A stretch of DNA of 64,000 nucleotides from Azolla caroliniana (Eukaryota; Plantae; Polypodiophyta): the NCBI GenBank assembly GCA_043228905.1, contig JBHGNT010000157.1, positions 1 to 64,000 of the forward strand, read 5' to 3'. Shown here piece after piece: positions 25,201 to 37,927 of the stretch. Positions within the stretch are counted from its first letter, which is position 1; each line of letters begins with the position of its first letter. Position numbers and translations under genes: made by a program. The notes under the pieces were generated by a model. It saw nothing but the letters and a program-made list of their open reading frames with translations, was not told where the DNA came from and made no database searches.

Positions 25201-27227
25201 AACAACAAAGCTTTTACATGCCATTTGGGATGCATCTTGTAGAGTTATCATATCAAGACTTGTCCATTCTTTGCAATGCTCTGATCCATAATGAAAGCTT
25301 GATATTGAATATCTTGCGAGGAAGCTTCCAAGTATCATATTTGAGGATTGGATTAATATTATATAGACACACTCAATATCTTGTGAGGAAGCTTCCAAGT
25401 ATCATATTTGAGGATTGGATTAATATTATAAAGAGACATGCCAAGCTGGCTAACAAGTTCAAACATATTAATGCAATGACATTGTCATCATTCCATAAAT
25501 TACCTGTTTCCGTGACATTTCTATACTTGTAAACCTCCTTCATACACTTTGATCCTTACTCTTGGAAATCATGATTGAACCATGCGAATGTATTATCATC
25601 ACTATTAAGTTTGCTCATGCTACCATGAAAGTGAACAATTGTGAGCATACTTGGATAACAAAAAAGGAACATTGAACTACAAAAAACTAAAAAGCACAAA
25701 TAAGGTGTAGGTAAAAAAAAAAGTGTTCCTTTAATATTTTGGCCCATTGGTTTTATCATGTGTAAAGCTACATTCATCTTGTGAATTCATTGATTCACAA
25801 AGAAAAAAAGAAAAATGGATTCAAATACACAACTCAAGTGGATTTCCATCTCATATATGTCTTCATGGAATGTGCCACAATTGTTAGCCTTGAGAGTGTT
25901 GTCTCTTCCTCTAACTTGCCACAAGCAAACACATGTGATGGTGAAAATTCTACATGGAAATTCTATCATCAATATCCATGCCATCCTAGGTCTTTATTTA
26001 CGGAGATTATGGACATTAATATAAGGAAACATAAATGTTTATGAACAAAAGGGAAATATATGGAATTCCTATAATCAATAGCTTTTCCATTGAGTATATT
26101 ATGGAACTTAATATAAAGAAACATAAATGTTCATGAACAAAAAGGGAAACAACCATCCCCACATACTACTATACTAGATACTAAACATTTAAATGGTGAA
26201 GTCAATTTGCACTATTACAACAACTCCTCACACTTAAAGTCTAACTACCTATACAAGAAGTGTGTCGAGTGGACCTAGACTTAGATCACAATAGAGGACT
26301 TGATCACCTCATAGTCAAATATGTTGAACACATTGTGAGGAGATGCTATGGTTGAACCCAATGACTTTGTATGATGTACGTTGGAAGTTTAAGGGAGAAT
26401 TCAGAATAGATATGGGGAACCAATAGTAACAACATTGCGAAGCAACATGATCATCAATGAAAATGTTGAAGTGCAAGTCATAATTGATGCCTTGGGAGTC
26501 ATCTTTGAGAGTGGTGACACTATATTCACCCTCCCAATAATTTTGAATAGCTCGATTATGCCAACAATAACATATACAAGGTGGGGAGTTAGTATCAATA
26601 ATGATTGTTGACAAATGTGTTGTAGGCAAAAAATGGTTGTCTTTGACATGAAAGAATGTTCAATGGATCCATCTAAAGACCCAAGGAGATATAGTGAACC
26701 ATAAGTTTTGAGATATGGGGGTTGATTTCTACTTTACCGTCGTGACCACAAGATCAACAAACCATCTAACTTATGATTATTTCTTGGAATGACCTTTCCT
26801 AATGTTTGATCGATTGCTAATGGGTTTTGGATGTGATGTAATTTACAATAAAAAGGATAATAGGATCTACTTATCAAAGTCTACATCCAAAAATCTACAA
26901 TCAAGAAGAGAGTGTTCTCAAGGATGATTTTCAGTCATGATGGAATTTGAAGATCAAGAACTCAAACAAGATATTGATAGCTCAAGTGTCAAACGAGAAC
27001 CTATTCACCTACAAGAACTTCATCCTAGATGAATTGTGTCCTTGAACCGCCATGGTGGAAGGGTTGTAATCAATTGGTACTTAGTATTCTGATGAAGATG
27101 GGCGATCAATTTTGTGTTTCATTGTCGTGATGTGACATGTGCAAGGGAAGAAAAATAGATAAAGATTAACCTTTGCAATAAGTTAAGATTTAGAGATACC
27201 GAAGAAGAAGTAATGAGATGAGCATTG

Positions 27228-27835
27228 TGAAAGGAATACAGGGGTCGGTCTCGGCCGACTCTTAGGTTAAACTCAAGCTAGACAATCAGACAAACAAGCA
27301 AAAAGAAAAGAGTTGACACAGAAGTTTTACGTGAAAACCCTAAATGGGAAAAAACCACGTGAGCCCATAGACTCCAAACAGATTCACTATCTGAGAGTGT
27401 ATACAAGAACTCAAGGCCATGACCTTGATGAAATCTTTGTCTCAATAGACAGATATACACAGAGAACAAGGGAAACAGAGAAACGACAACACCTGATGTG
27501 TGATGAGCCGTCGACCTGTCGGGTCGGATCCGAGGGTCATCTACTACACAAGATCGACCTCCACAACACATAGTCCTTTGATCTCCCGTATCTTACGGTT
27601 CTATATTCACTTTCACAATATTCTACTCTGTAATGTGTAGTAATCACCGATGCACTCACCTAAGGTTTTTACATACATACATACATACATCATTGTATGT
27701 ATTACATATTTATCCTTAGCCGATTCGACACTTAGCCCTTAGCCAGATAGCCGACTCTCAGTCGGGCCTCAACCGGCCCATATATCTTAGCCGAAATGGA
27801 ACTTCTCCCATAAGGAGGGATATCATTTCATAACA
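27228..27835 (-). mobile_element. Solo LTR of the Copia family whose 3' LTR is at 28712-29424
   Basis: TGAAAGGAATACAGGGGTCGG...TTTCATAACA is homologous to 28712-29424. Flanks CATTG/CATTA (4/5 TSD). Confidence 0.8.
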
Positions 27836-27849
27836 CATTAAATAATCAA

Positions 27850-28125
27850 TGTGTGATGGCTAGGCTCAAAACTGTGACCTATGTGTGCATATACCAAGGA
27901 CTTAACTATTAAACTATCAAATACATACATTATAATATAAACCATAGAACATTCTAAATATTCTAGAATTTCTTAAAACTTCCTGAAACATTCTAGAAAA
28001 CCCTAGAATGCGCCACAACCCATTATATAATGAAGCCCCTTCACTCTTGTCGAACCATTCTGGTTCAACACCAAGTAAGCTCTCTCTTGAATCTCTTTAT
28101 CATAATACGTATTTCCTTTCATCAT

Positions 28126-28159
<34 letters not shown>

Positions 28160-28215
28160 TACTATCTCACTCTATTTCCTTCAATCGTCATTCTCTATTG
28201 CTCACTCTTTCAACA
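27850..28215 (+). mobile_element. Degenerate LTR related to the chromovirus LTR at 34131/43106
   Basis: Same order of motifs: antisense tRNA-like head, TTCTAGAA repeats, TATA, GAACC..GGTTCAAC, (CT)n, ending CAACA. Confidence 0.45.
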
Positions 28216-28711
28216 CTAAGCGTAAGAAACCCCCCTTGAGTGAATGTTGTGAACATATACAAGGAATGACAGATCAATCCCCACAAGGCAATAAGCCAAG
28301 TCTTTGGAAAAGCTGAATCAAAATTTTCCTTTGGAAGTGCTTTAGTAAATATGTCTGCCACATTGTCTTGTGTTGGCACATATACCAAATCAATATCTCT
28401 TGCATGATGACGTTCTCTCACATAGTGATAATGCACCTCGATATGTTTTGTCCAAGCATAAAACACTAGGTTTTGTGCAATATCCAATGCACTCCAACTA
28501 TAAGTGAAATTATACGTAACATCTATCTCCATGCAAAGATCCATCAATGGGCCTCTCAACCATATACACTCCATTGTAGTTGTGAAAACTACCACGTACT
28601 CAGCTTCACAACTAGATGTTTCCACTATAGGTTGCTTCTTACTTAACCAAGATATGCATGAGTTTTCAAGGAAGAAACAATTACCACTAGTGGACATGTG
28701 CGTGTCATAAC
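28216..28711 (-). pseudogene. Ty1/copia RNase H fragment
   Basis: ORF 28188-28736: ISWLSKKQ..SSCEAEY, TKHIEVHYHYVRE, ADIFTKAL. Confidence 0.85.
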
Positions 28712-29196
28712 TGAAAGGAATACAGGGGTCGGTCACGACCGACTCTTAGGTTAAACTCAAGCTAGTCAGTTAGACAAAAAAGTGGAAAAAGAAAAGAGCA
28801 GACACAGAAGTTTTACGTGGAAACCCTAAATGGGAAAAACCATGGGAGCCCACAAACTCCAAACAGATTCACTATCTCAGAGTCTATACAAGAACTCAAG
28901 GCCACAACCTTGGTAGGATCTTTGTCTTAGTAGACGGATATACACAAAGAACAAGGGAAACAAAGAAATGACAACTATTACACCTAATGTGTGCGGAGCC
29001 GTCGAACTTTCGGGTTGGATTCTAGGGTCGATTGCTACACAAGCTCGACCTTCACAACACACAATCCTTCTTTGATCTCCCCTCTCTTACTATTCTTTGT
29101 TGCAATATTCTACTCTGTTATGTGTAGTAATCACCGATACACCCATGTAGGGTTTGTACATACATACATACATACATACATACATACATACATACA

Positions 29197-29227
<31 letters not shown>

Positions 29228-30910
29228 GTATGTATGTATTTACATATTTGTCCATAGGGTTTTAGGGTTCAACACTTAGCCTTAGCCGACTCCTGATTGG
29301 CATTCGACCCTTAGCCGGATAGTCAACCCTCAATTGGATGGCCGACTGAGATCAGGCTCTTAGCCAAAACGGCCTCTAGTTGAATCGAAACTTCTCCCAT
29401 AAGGAGGGACATCATTTCATAACAAACTCCCCCTTCACTCATGTATGTGGGAGTCGACCATGCCTATCAACCGACAAGCTTTTAGTTTTTCCATAGACAA
29501 AAATTTGTCAACATATCTGATCCAATATCATATGTATGGATCTTTACAAGAGCAAATTCCTTTTCTTCCACTCTCTCTCGTAACCAATGCTATCTACTCT
29601 GGATATGTTTTGTCTGAGAGTGGTAGGAAACATTCTTAGCAAGGTGGATGACACTTTGATTATCACAGTGAAGTAGGAATTGATGTTGCCTCAATCTTAA
29701 CTCACTCATGAAATCTTTCATCCATATCAGTTCCTTGACGGCATCTATAGATGACATGTACTCAACTTCGGTGGTTGACAAAGCCACAAACTTTTGCAAC
29801 CTAGATTGTCATGATATGGATCCCCCTTGCACAGGTCATTACATACCCAAATGTAGGTCGGCTGGAATTAGCATTGGCCGACATATCAGAGTTTGTAGAA
29901 CCTTCAAGCACGGGTTTCCCTAAGTTGTATCGTAGAGAAACACTCGAGGTGCCTCTTAGGTATCTAAGTACCCACTTACTGCAGCCCAATGTTCCTTTCC
30001 GGGATTGCTCATGTATCGGTTAACCATTCTGACAACATATGGAATGTTTGGCATGGTACACACCCTACCATACATTAGGCCTCCATAACTGAGGCATATG
30101 GTATCTTCCTCATCTCAGCCTTATCCTTTTCGGACTTGGGACATTGACTGACATTCCACTTGCAATTTGTCGGCAATGTTGAGCAGACTGGCTTGGCATT
30201 CTGCATGTTGAATCTTTGGAGCACCTTTGTCACGTACTTTTCTTGTGACAGCCACAACATGTTCTTTGTCCTGTCCCGGACTATGTGCATCCCCAAGATC
30301 TTCTTTGCTGGACCCAAATCTTTCATTGCAAAGGACTTATTCAAAGACTTTTTCATACTTGCAATATTCTTTATGTCTTGTTTGACAATAAGAATATCAT
30401 CAACATACAGTAGGAGAATTAGAAAATCTCCTCCATCATATCTTTTCACAAAAACACAGTGGTTAGCTTGTGATTTGTGGAATTCATGGTCTATCATGAA
30501 GGATTCAAACCTTTTATACCATTGCCGGGGAATTTGCTTCAGTCCATACATGGTCTTTCTTTGCCGTCACACTAGGTCTTCTTTTCCTTTCTATTCAAAT
30601 CCTTTAGGTTGATGCATGTAGATCTCTTCTTCTAGATCACCATGCAAGAAAGTAGTCGTGACATCCAACTGCTCTATCTCCATGTTCATGTTGGTTTCAA
30701 TGCTCAACATGGTTCTAATTGATGTCATCTTAACCATTAGAGAAAATATTTCATCGAAATCTACACCCTTTTTCTGTTGGAAGCCCTTCACCACAATGCG
30801 AGCTTTGTATCTAGGTGAATTTCCGTTCTCTCTAGGTTTCAATTTGTATACCCACTTATTCCTCGGTGCCTTCATTCCTTTTTGCCAACTCAATCAACTC
30901 ATATGTTTGG
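28712..30910 (-). mobile_element. Degenerate Ty1/copia 3' half (RT/RNase H, PPT ~29425-29437, 3' LTR 28712-29424)
   Basis: YKARIVVKGFQQKKGVDF, LLLYVDDIL and ALSTTEVEY motifs split by stops and frameshifts. The - strand reads GAAGGGGGAGTT|TGTTATG. Confidence 0.9.
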
Positions 30911-33900
30911 TGTTAGGAAACATGTCCCTCTAGATGGGAAGAGCACGATCCGGATTGGAGTCCGAAGAACAAGAACCAGATGGTAAGAGTGCTAGAGCCG
31001 GATGAAGATCAACGAGAGCCGGATCGGTCGGAGCCGGATGGGAGGTCGGATCTGAAAGAGGACATATTTGTAAATATGTTTTTGGTATGCCTAAGATATG
31101 CCATATTTGTAAATACGCCATAGTATGTATTAGTATAAATACATCTAGGGCAAACCATTATAATGATGATGAGGTGGTTGTAACTAGTGCATTAGAGAGT
31201 GTAACTAGTGTGTAATAGAGAAAGAGTATGAGAAAACTCTGTTGTAACCGTCATTAGATGAAGAGGAGCTCACGGAGGTTTGTATGATACATGGACACCC
31301 GGGGACGGGGACGTGAGAAAGATTACCAATCCTACCCTAACTCCAAGTGTAATCTTTGGTTATCTACTAAAATCTCCTTTTGGTGGGGAAGGTTGGATTG
31401 TAAGCGTAGATAACCTCGAAGATATTATGGGGGGACATGTCTAGTTCGGATCTATCTATATTTTCGGACAGGTATTAGTAGCGTAATCCAAAAATACTTA
31501 TCTTTATGTATCAGTTACATGAGCCAAAATAGCCAATGCTATTTCTATTACTAAAAAATTGTTCTCCGTGGGCTTTCATCGTGCGTGCTAGGTTGTTGGC
31601 CAAGACTAGTTACTAGTCCACCAATTTCTTATTGTTAGAAAAAAGAAGCTGGTCATCATTTACTAATATCCAGGACTTGTCGTAGGTTTTACCCCTAGTG
31701 TCTCTTGCTGTATTCCTTCCCACTATAGTGATCTAGTTTGGAGTTTGCGGACTCTCGTGATTTTTCCCATTCAGGGTTTTCCACGTTAAATATCTATGTC
31801 TTTGTACTTTGTTCTTGTCTTTTGTTTCTTGGTTGTCTTGGTTCTTGTGTCTCTCATTGTGTTGACCGGTTGTGGCCGACTACATATTTATAAAAATTGG
31901 TATTAGAGCGATGGATGAACATCTTGGAGGAATATTCAAGCTAATCGGCTCCAGCTATTCAGTGTGGAAGTCAAAGATGAGGGATATTTTGGTGTGTTGA
32001 GACCTCTGGCTGCCGGTGTAGTTCAGAGATGATAAGCCAGACAAAATCTGTAAAGAATCAGATATGATTCTTGTGAAGCGGAAGGGATGTGGGTTATGTG
32101 TGTATGTGTGAGAGAAGAGAGGAGAGGAGAGAAACACAAGATAGATAAGAGCCAATATGAAGTACTCAAGAAGAAGAAGGAGATGTATATTAACAAGTAG
32201 AATATGAGATACAAAATAGCGTTACAAGGAGTCACAAAACCAACTTAATATGGAGTAGGAGGAGGGTGCTTTATATGGAGTCACCCTCTCTCTTCATTTA
32301 CTCATTACAACATTCACTCTCTCACTAGAGCCTTGAGGAATGTGAAGTCTTACGGTCATGGGGAATGTAGAACCATTAGTTATGTGTCATAGAATATGAA
32401 TCTATGACACATAGTTTAATGTGTAGAGAGTGGTGGTGTGACTCTTGACGTTTGAGTAATCATAGATTCTCAAACGGTGTGTTCACACGTTGCTCTATGT
32501 TGAGCTTGATTCTCAACACGCCCCCTCAAGCTCAACTTGGGTCGGCTCCTTTTGGTTGATGTCTGCTTCGGCTGGTATCCGGTTTAGACGATCTCTGTTG
32601 TCCGTTTCGGCTCGTACCCGGTTCGGTCGGTATCTGATTCTCTCTTGTACTTCCCCTCAAGCTTGGCAAGTTAGGGATCATCAATCCAAGGTCTGACATG
32701 AATTGCCGAAGCTTGTCGGCTCCTAGGGCTTTCGTGAAGATGTCAGTCGTTTGAAGATTTGTGTTGATGTGTAGAAGGTCGACATCTCCGGCCTGAACAC
32801 GTTGTCGTGAAGAATGTGCTTCAGGATATAAAAATGAGCTTAAATGTTGTATTTAATAATATTTGAGAGACTTGAACCCACATCCTTATATACGATGTAC
32901 AATGTACATATTTTGTAAAAATGTGTAATAAATGTGCTTCATGATATAAGAATGAAGCTATATATTGTATTAAGTAAAATTGAGGGACTTGAACCCTCAA
33001 CCTTGTATACCAAGCACCAAGCATACACCACTAAGCTAGGTTAGTTATTTTAGAATGCGTTTTCATCATTATACTTATCCCATATCTATTTTCATACATA
33101 GCCATCATTCATCACATGCAATGCATGTGCGCCAAATGGCGATCATGCATTACATGTAACTCATGCATTGCATGCATGCCATGCTCCCATACATTACCAT
33201 ATGCATGGCAACACTTATATAAAGAGGGGCAAGGAAAACAAGAGGAAATCAAGAAGAGAGAGTGAGAAAATAATACAATCAAGTAAAGAAGACTAGCTCA
33301 TTGGGTGGAGAACCTCTCGTTTCGAAGTTGAGGTCGTGGGTTCAAATCAAGGGTCGGTAGAGAATGTGTTCAGTTTGCGATCAAGGATTGTAAAGTTGGT
33401 AAAATATTGTCTTTTTAATATACATCATGTTTATATCAAATACTCTTGCTTCTTGATTCATACTTTGTCTCAATCTTCCTTCTTAAATCATATTTTGTCT
33501 CTAACTTGCTTCTTGAATCATATATTATCTCTATCTTCTATCTATTCTCGTCTCTCTCTCACACACATTACTCGTAACTCTTCTTCTTGCTACTCTTAAC
33601 CTTTCTAACATCACCATACAAGCCTTATTAAAAGTTAAGTTTCTTCAACTCCCCTTAACCTTAGTCCCCGCGACTTCGCCGCACGAACCACAACTACCCC
33701 GACACATTTGGTGAGCCCGATGAGTGATGCGGGAACAAGGGATGATGGCAAGTATCGACAAAGCCGTCGACAATATTCTCGCACGAGTAGGAATCTTCGA
33801 AGGTATAAATTTAACAAGATTTCTGAAGATTTATAATGAAGAAATGCTTAAACAGGGTATTGACGAAGCTCCAAAAATTAATAGCTTTAGTCGAGTCGCT

Positions 33901-34404
33901 GCGATTGGGCTACAAGAAAGGATCCAGGAGCTACAGAGGGAACATCAGACATGGGCGACTTTCGAAAGAGCATTGCTAAATGAATACAACCTCAATGATA
34001 TGTCAAGGATGACAAGGTGAGCCTTCATGGATTGGGTAGAGTCTAATAAACATTTAAGTGTTTTGGAAGTATTAAAAGAGTTTTCTAAAAGATTTGAGCA
34101 ACTAAATGTTAGAGATAGAAATATAATAGTTGTCATGATATGGCACTTATGCTACATGGGTCGAGCTCTTGACCATTAGACTATACATTGTAATACGTAG
34201 AATATAATTTTCATTTATGTTTTATTATAGAAAATTGATGTATATTCCAGATTTCTCTGGAACATTCTAGAAACTTCAGGAGTATTCCTTAGAACACTAT
34301 AAAAGGAGGCACGAGGCATTATTTCGAACCAAATCGGTTCAACGCCAGTCTTAAGCCTCCTAGCTACTATTGTACATTCTCTCCACATAATATATATCTT
34401 TTCT

Positions 34405-34440
<36 letters not shown>

Positions 34441-34636
34441 CTCTCTCTCCCTCCCTCTCACTCACTCTTTCCTTCTCTCGAGAGTTCTTCACCTCTCTTA
34501 GTACTAATACTTCTTTTAGTACTAATTCCTTCTCTATCTTAGTACTGTTCCTGACAGTTTGAACTGATTTCGATTGATCTTCCTTTCCTCCGTTTCCTTT
34601 TATCTTCTTATTAATCCTCTTATCCTCCCTAGTAAA

Positions 34637-35779
34637 ATGGAAACAGTTAGCGCTCAGGAATACCAATCTGTTTTCTCGGAGCTCCAGTGCTTAAAAGAGA
34701 AATTTGTAGCACTAGAACAAGAAAATCATCGCTTGTTGGGGGATCTTCAACAAATAGTGCTGGAAAAACAACAACAACACGGGGAGCTGACACTACGTGT
34801 ACAACAACTCGAAGCGACTATCATATCATTACAACAACAAGGATCAAGCACTCAAGGGATTCACAAAGAACCCAAGATCGGTCTTCCTGCAAAATTTGAT
34901 GGGACCCAATCATAGTTTAGAGGGTTTTTGAATCAGGTACGTTTAGTGATACAAATGCATCCTTCTCGATATCCCATCGATGCATCACGAGTGGGACTAG
35001 TAGGCACTCTCCTTAGTGGCTCAACGTTAGCATGGTTTGCTCCATTGTTGGAAAAGGATTCTCCATTATTAAACAGTATTGAAGAATTTATAAGTGAGTT
35101 TAAGGCCTGTTTTGGAGATATTGACAGCATAAGGACTGCAATCAACAAAATCCGGTGATTACGCCAAGGTGATCGTCCAGCTTCCGCATATGCTGCAGAT
35201 TTCCACCTACTTGCTGCCGATATCCCTTGGGATGATCACGCATTGATGGAGCAATTCCGTTATGGCTTACGCAACGATGTCAAGGATTTACTCTTGACCT
35301 TCCCCGAAGAGCCAAAGTCATTAATAGAAGCAATTAGTCGTGCGGTGAGATGCGACAACTGCCTCTTCGAACGACGTTCGGAACGACAATTCTAGATTTC
35401 GAGGGCAAGATCAGAGCTTGCCTATGCCTCAGGGGTAGCGAAACCTTTTCCGAGGGAGTCATATAATGCGCCTCCTGCAAGTACTCCAACTCCGATGGAA
35501 ATTGACACCACACGTCGTCGTGGACTGCTATCGGAAGAAGAAAAGCAACGACGCTGAGCAAACCGACTATGTCTTTATTGCGGTGGACCAGGGCATATCG
35601 CGGTAAACTGTCCCCATAGGCCAAGAAGGCAGGTAAACCAAATAGTTGCTAGTTCTGATTGTACTAAACCCGAGTCTATTTTAGTAGGGATATCTGATAG
35701 TCCTAATAGTACTAATAGCCCAAATCTAGCGAACAAATTTGATGTCCTTAGTCAGTTAGAAGAAGAGTTAAATGACTAA
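34637..35779 (+). pseudogene. Chromovirus gag (several nonsense mutations)
   Basis: Coiled-coil N-terminus, PKIGLPAKFDG, LLSGSTLAWF and a CCHC knuckle. Stops at ~34913 and ~35156, among others. Confidence 0.85.
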
Positions 35780-37927
35780 GTCCAACCAAAATAGGAGCCG
35801 TTTGGTTGAACAGCCCTAGATCTGTGCAGCCCATTAGTGGTTCCATTCCCTCTAAGCAAGTTAGCAATGTGTTCGTAGCCCAAGTAACAGTTAGTACTAA
35901 AAGTACTCCTCTAGTACATGTCTTAGCACTTCTAGATTCCGGAGCTAATTCTTGCTTCATGGATAGGAAATTTGCCCAAGCTCATCAGATATCTCTCAGA
36001 AAACTCCCGTGTCCTGCCCTTGTAGTAGTCGTCGATGGTCGTCCCATTGCCTCAGGAAATATCATAGAAGAGTCAGAGCCTGTTAATGTTGTCCTAGATA
36101 ATCTAGCATGTGTCATATCATTTAATATAATTAGCATCCCAGAACACCCCATTGTCTTAGGATTACCATGGTTCGAATTACATAACCCAGACATAGATTG
36201 GCGGACAAGAGAAATCTGGCATCAAAAAGCCCGAGGGTCTACTCATGAGATTGCAACGATTTCACTACATCAGTTGCGTGAGGAAGGATGCAAGGAAGAA
36301 ATGTTCCTCTTCACAATATCAGTAAACCCCTCCAGCACCACTAAAGAGGATTCCACCGTTCAACATCCAGAGAAGTATCATTAGTATGCCGATGTGTTTG
36401 ATAAAGTACAAGCCAGTACGCTTCCTCACCATCGACCATATGATTGCCCCATCGATTTACAACCGGGGAAAGAGCCACCTTGGGGACCGATCTACAATTT
36501 GTCACCAACCGAACTGGAAGTCCTTCGAGCCTATATAGAGGAGAATTTGGAGAATGGTTTCATACGACATTCGAAATCTCCAGCCGGCGCACCCATTTTC
36601 TTCGTCAAGAAAAAGGATGGCTCACTTCGGCTCGTTGTAGATTACCGTGGCTTGAATAAGGTTACAATCCGAAATAGGTATGCACTCCCCCTTATCTCAA
36701 GTCTTTTAGAACGGATCAATGGTGCCAGGTTCTTCACAAAGATCGACTTACGGGGAGCCTATAACCTCGTACGGATCCGACCAGGAGATGAATGGAAGAC
36801 CGCGTTCCGCACCAGATATGGGCACTTCGAGTGTACGGTCATGCCGTTCGGCCTCACTAATGCACCAACAGTCTTCCAACACATGGCAAATGATATTTTC
36901 CGAGATCTCTTGGATGTGTGTCTAATCATCTATTTGGATGATCTATTGGTTTACTCGAAGACCCAAGAAGAGCATGATTCTCATGTACTGTTAGTACTAA
37001 AACGACTTCGAGAACATGGTCTCTATGCAAAGCTGGAAAAATGTAGTTTCGGGTGCAACCAGGTGGAATTTCTTGGCTATGTCATTTCCTCAGAAGGCAT
37101 CTCCATGGACCCAGCTAAGGTCAAAACGGTGGTAGAATGGCAGACTCCGCGTTCGGTGCAGGATGTGCAATGCTTTCTAGGCTTTGCCAATTTTTACTGG
37201 AAGTTTATAAAGGATTACTCAAAGCTCGTTTTGCCTCTTACACAACTTACTAGGAAGGGACAATCGTTCGTTTGGTCTGAAGAAGCGGACATGGCTTTTG
37301 AGAATCTTAAACAGGCATTTACATCGGCTCCGATTCTAGCTCACGTTGATCCAGAAAAACCATTCATCATTGAAGCGGACGCATCGGATTTTGCATTGGG
37401 AAGCATTCTATCACAACGAGGTAATGATGAAAAGCTACATCCTATGGCTTTTCACTCACGCAAGTTTGACGCCGCCGAAATCAACTACGAAATTCATGAT
37501 AAAGAGCTATTGGCTATAGTGGACTCTTTTATGCAATGGAGGCATTTTCTAGAGGGATCTTCTCATCAAGTCACTGTATTCAGTGACCACAAAAACCTCG
37601 CCTATTTTCAAGACGCTCGTGTGTTAAATCGACGTCAAGCTCGGTGGGCCCATTTTCTCATGCGTTTCGACTTCAAGATTACATATCGACCTGGGAAACA
37701 TCAAGGGAAAGCAGATGCATTATCACGGCGTTCGTACCTAGCACCGCGTCCCGGCGAGCCAGCTTTTGATAACCAAAAGCAAGTAATCTTGGGACCGGCA
37801 CGACTGCAAGCAACACAGGTCTTTGGCATGCCCATGGATTCCCACGTTATCGATATCATATGTGCGGACCTGAAGACAGATGCTTTCGCCCAAGCTATAC
37901 TAGCACAAATTGATCCCTCTCGAGCGT

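Noticed and set aside
22300-27200. Possible decayed hAT transposase/retroelement sequence and small tandem duplications (~25305-25430, ~26010-26150)
   Set aside because: No continuous ORF, termini or convincing motifs could be identified by eye.
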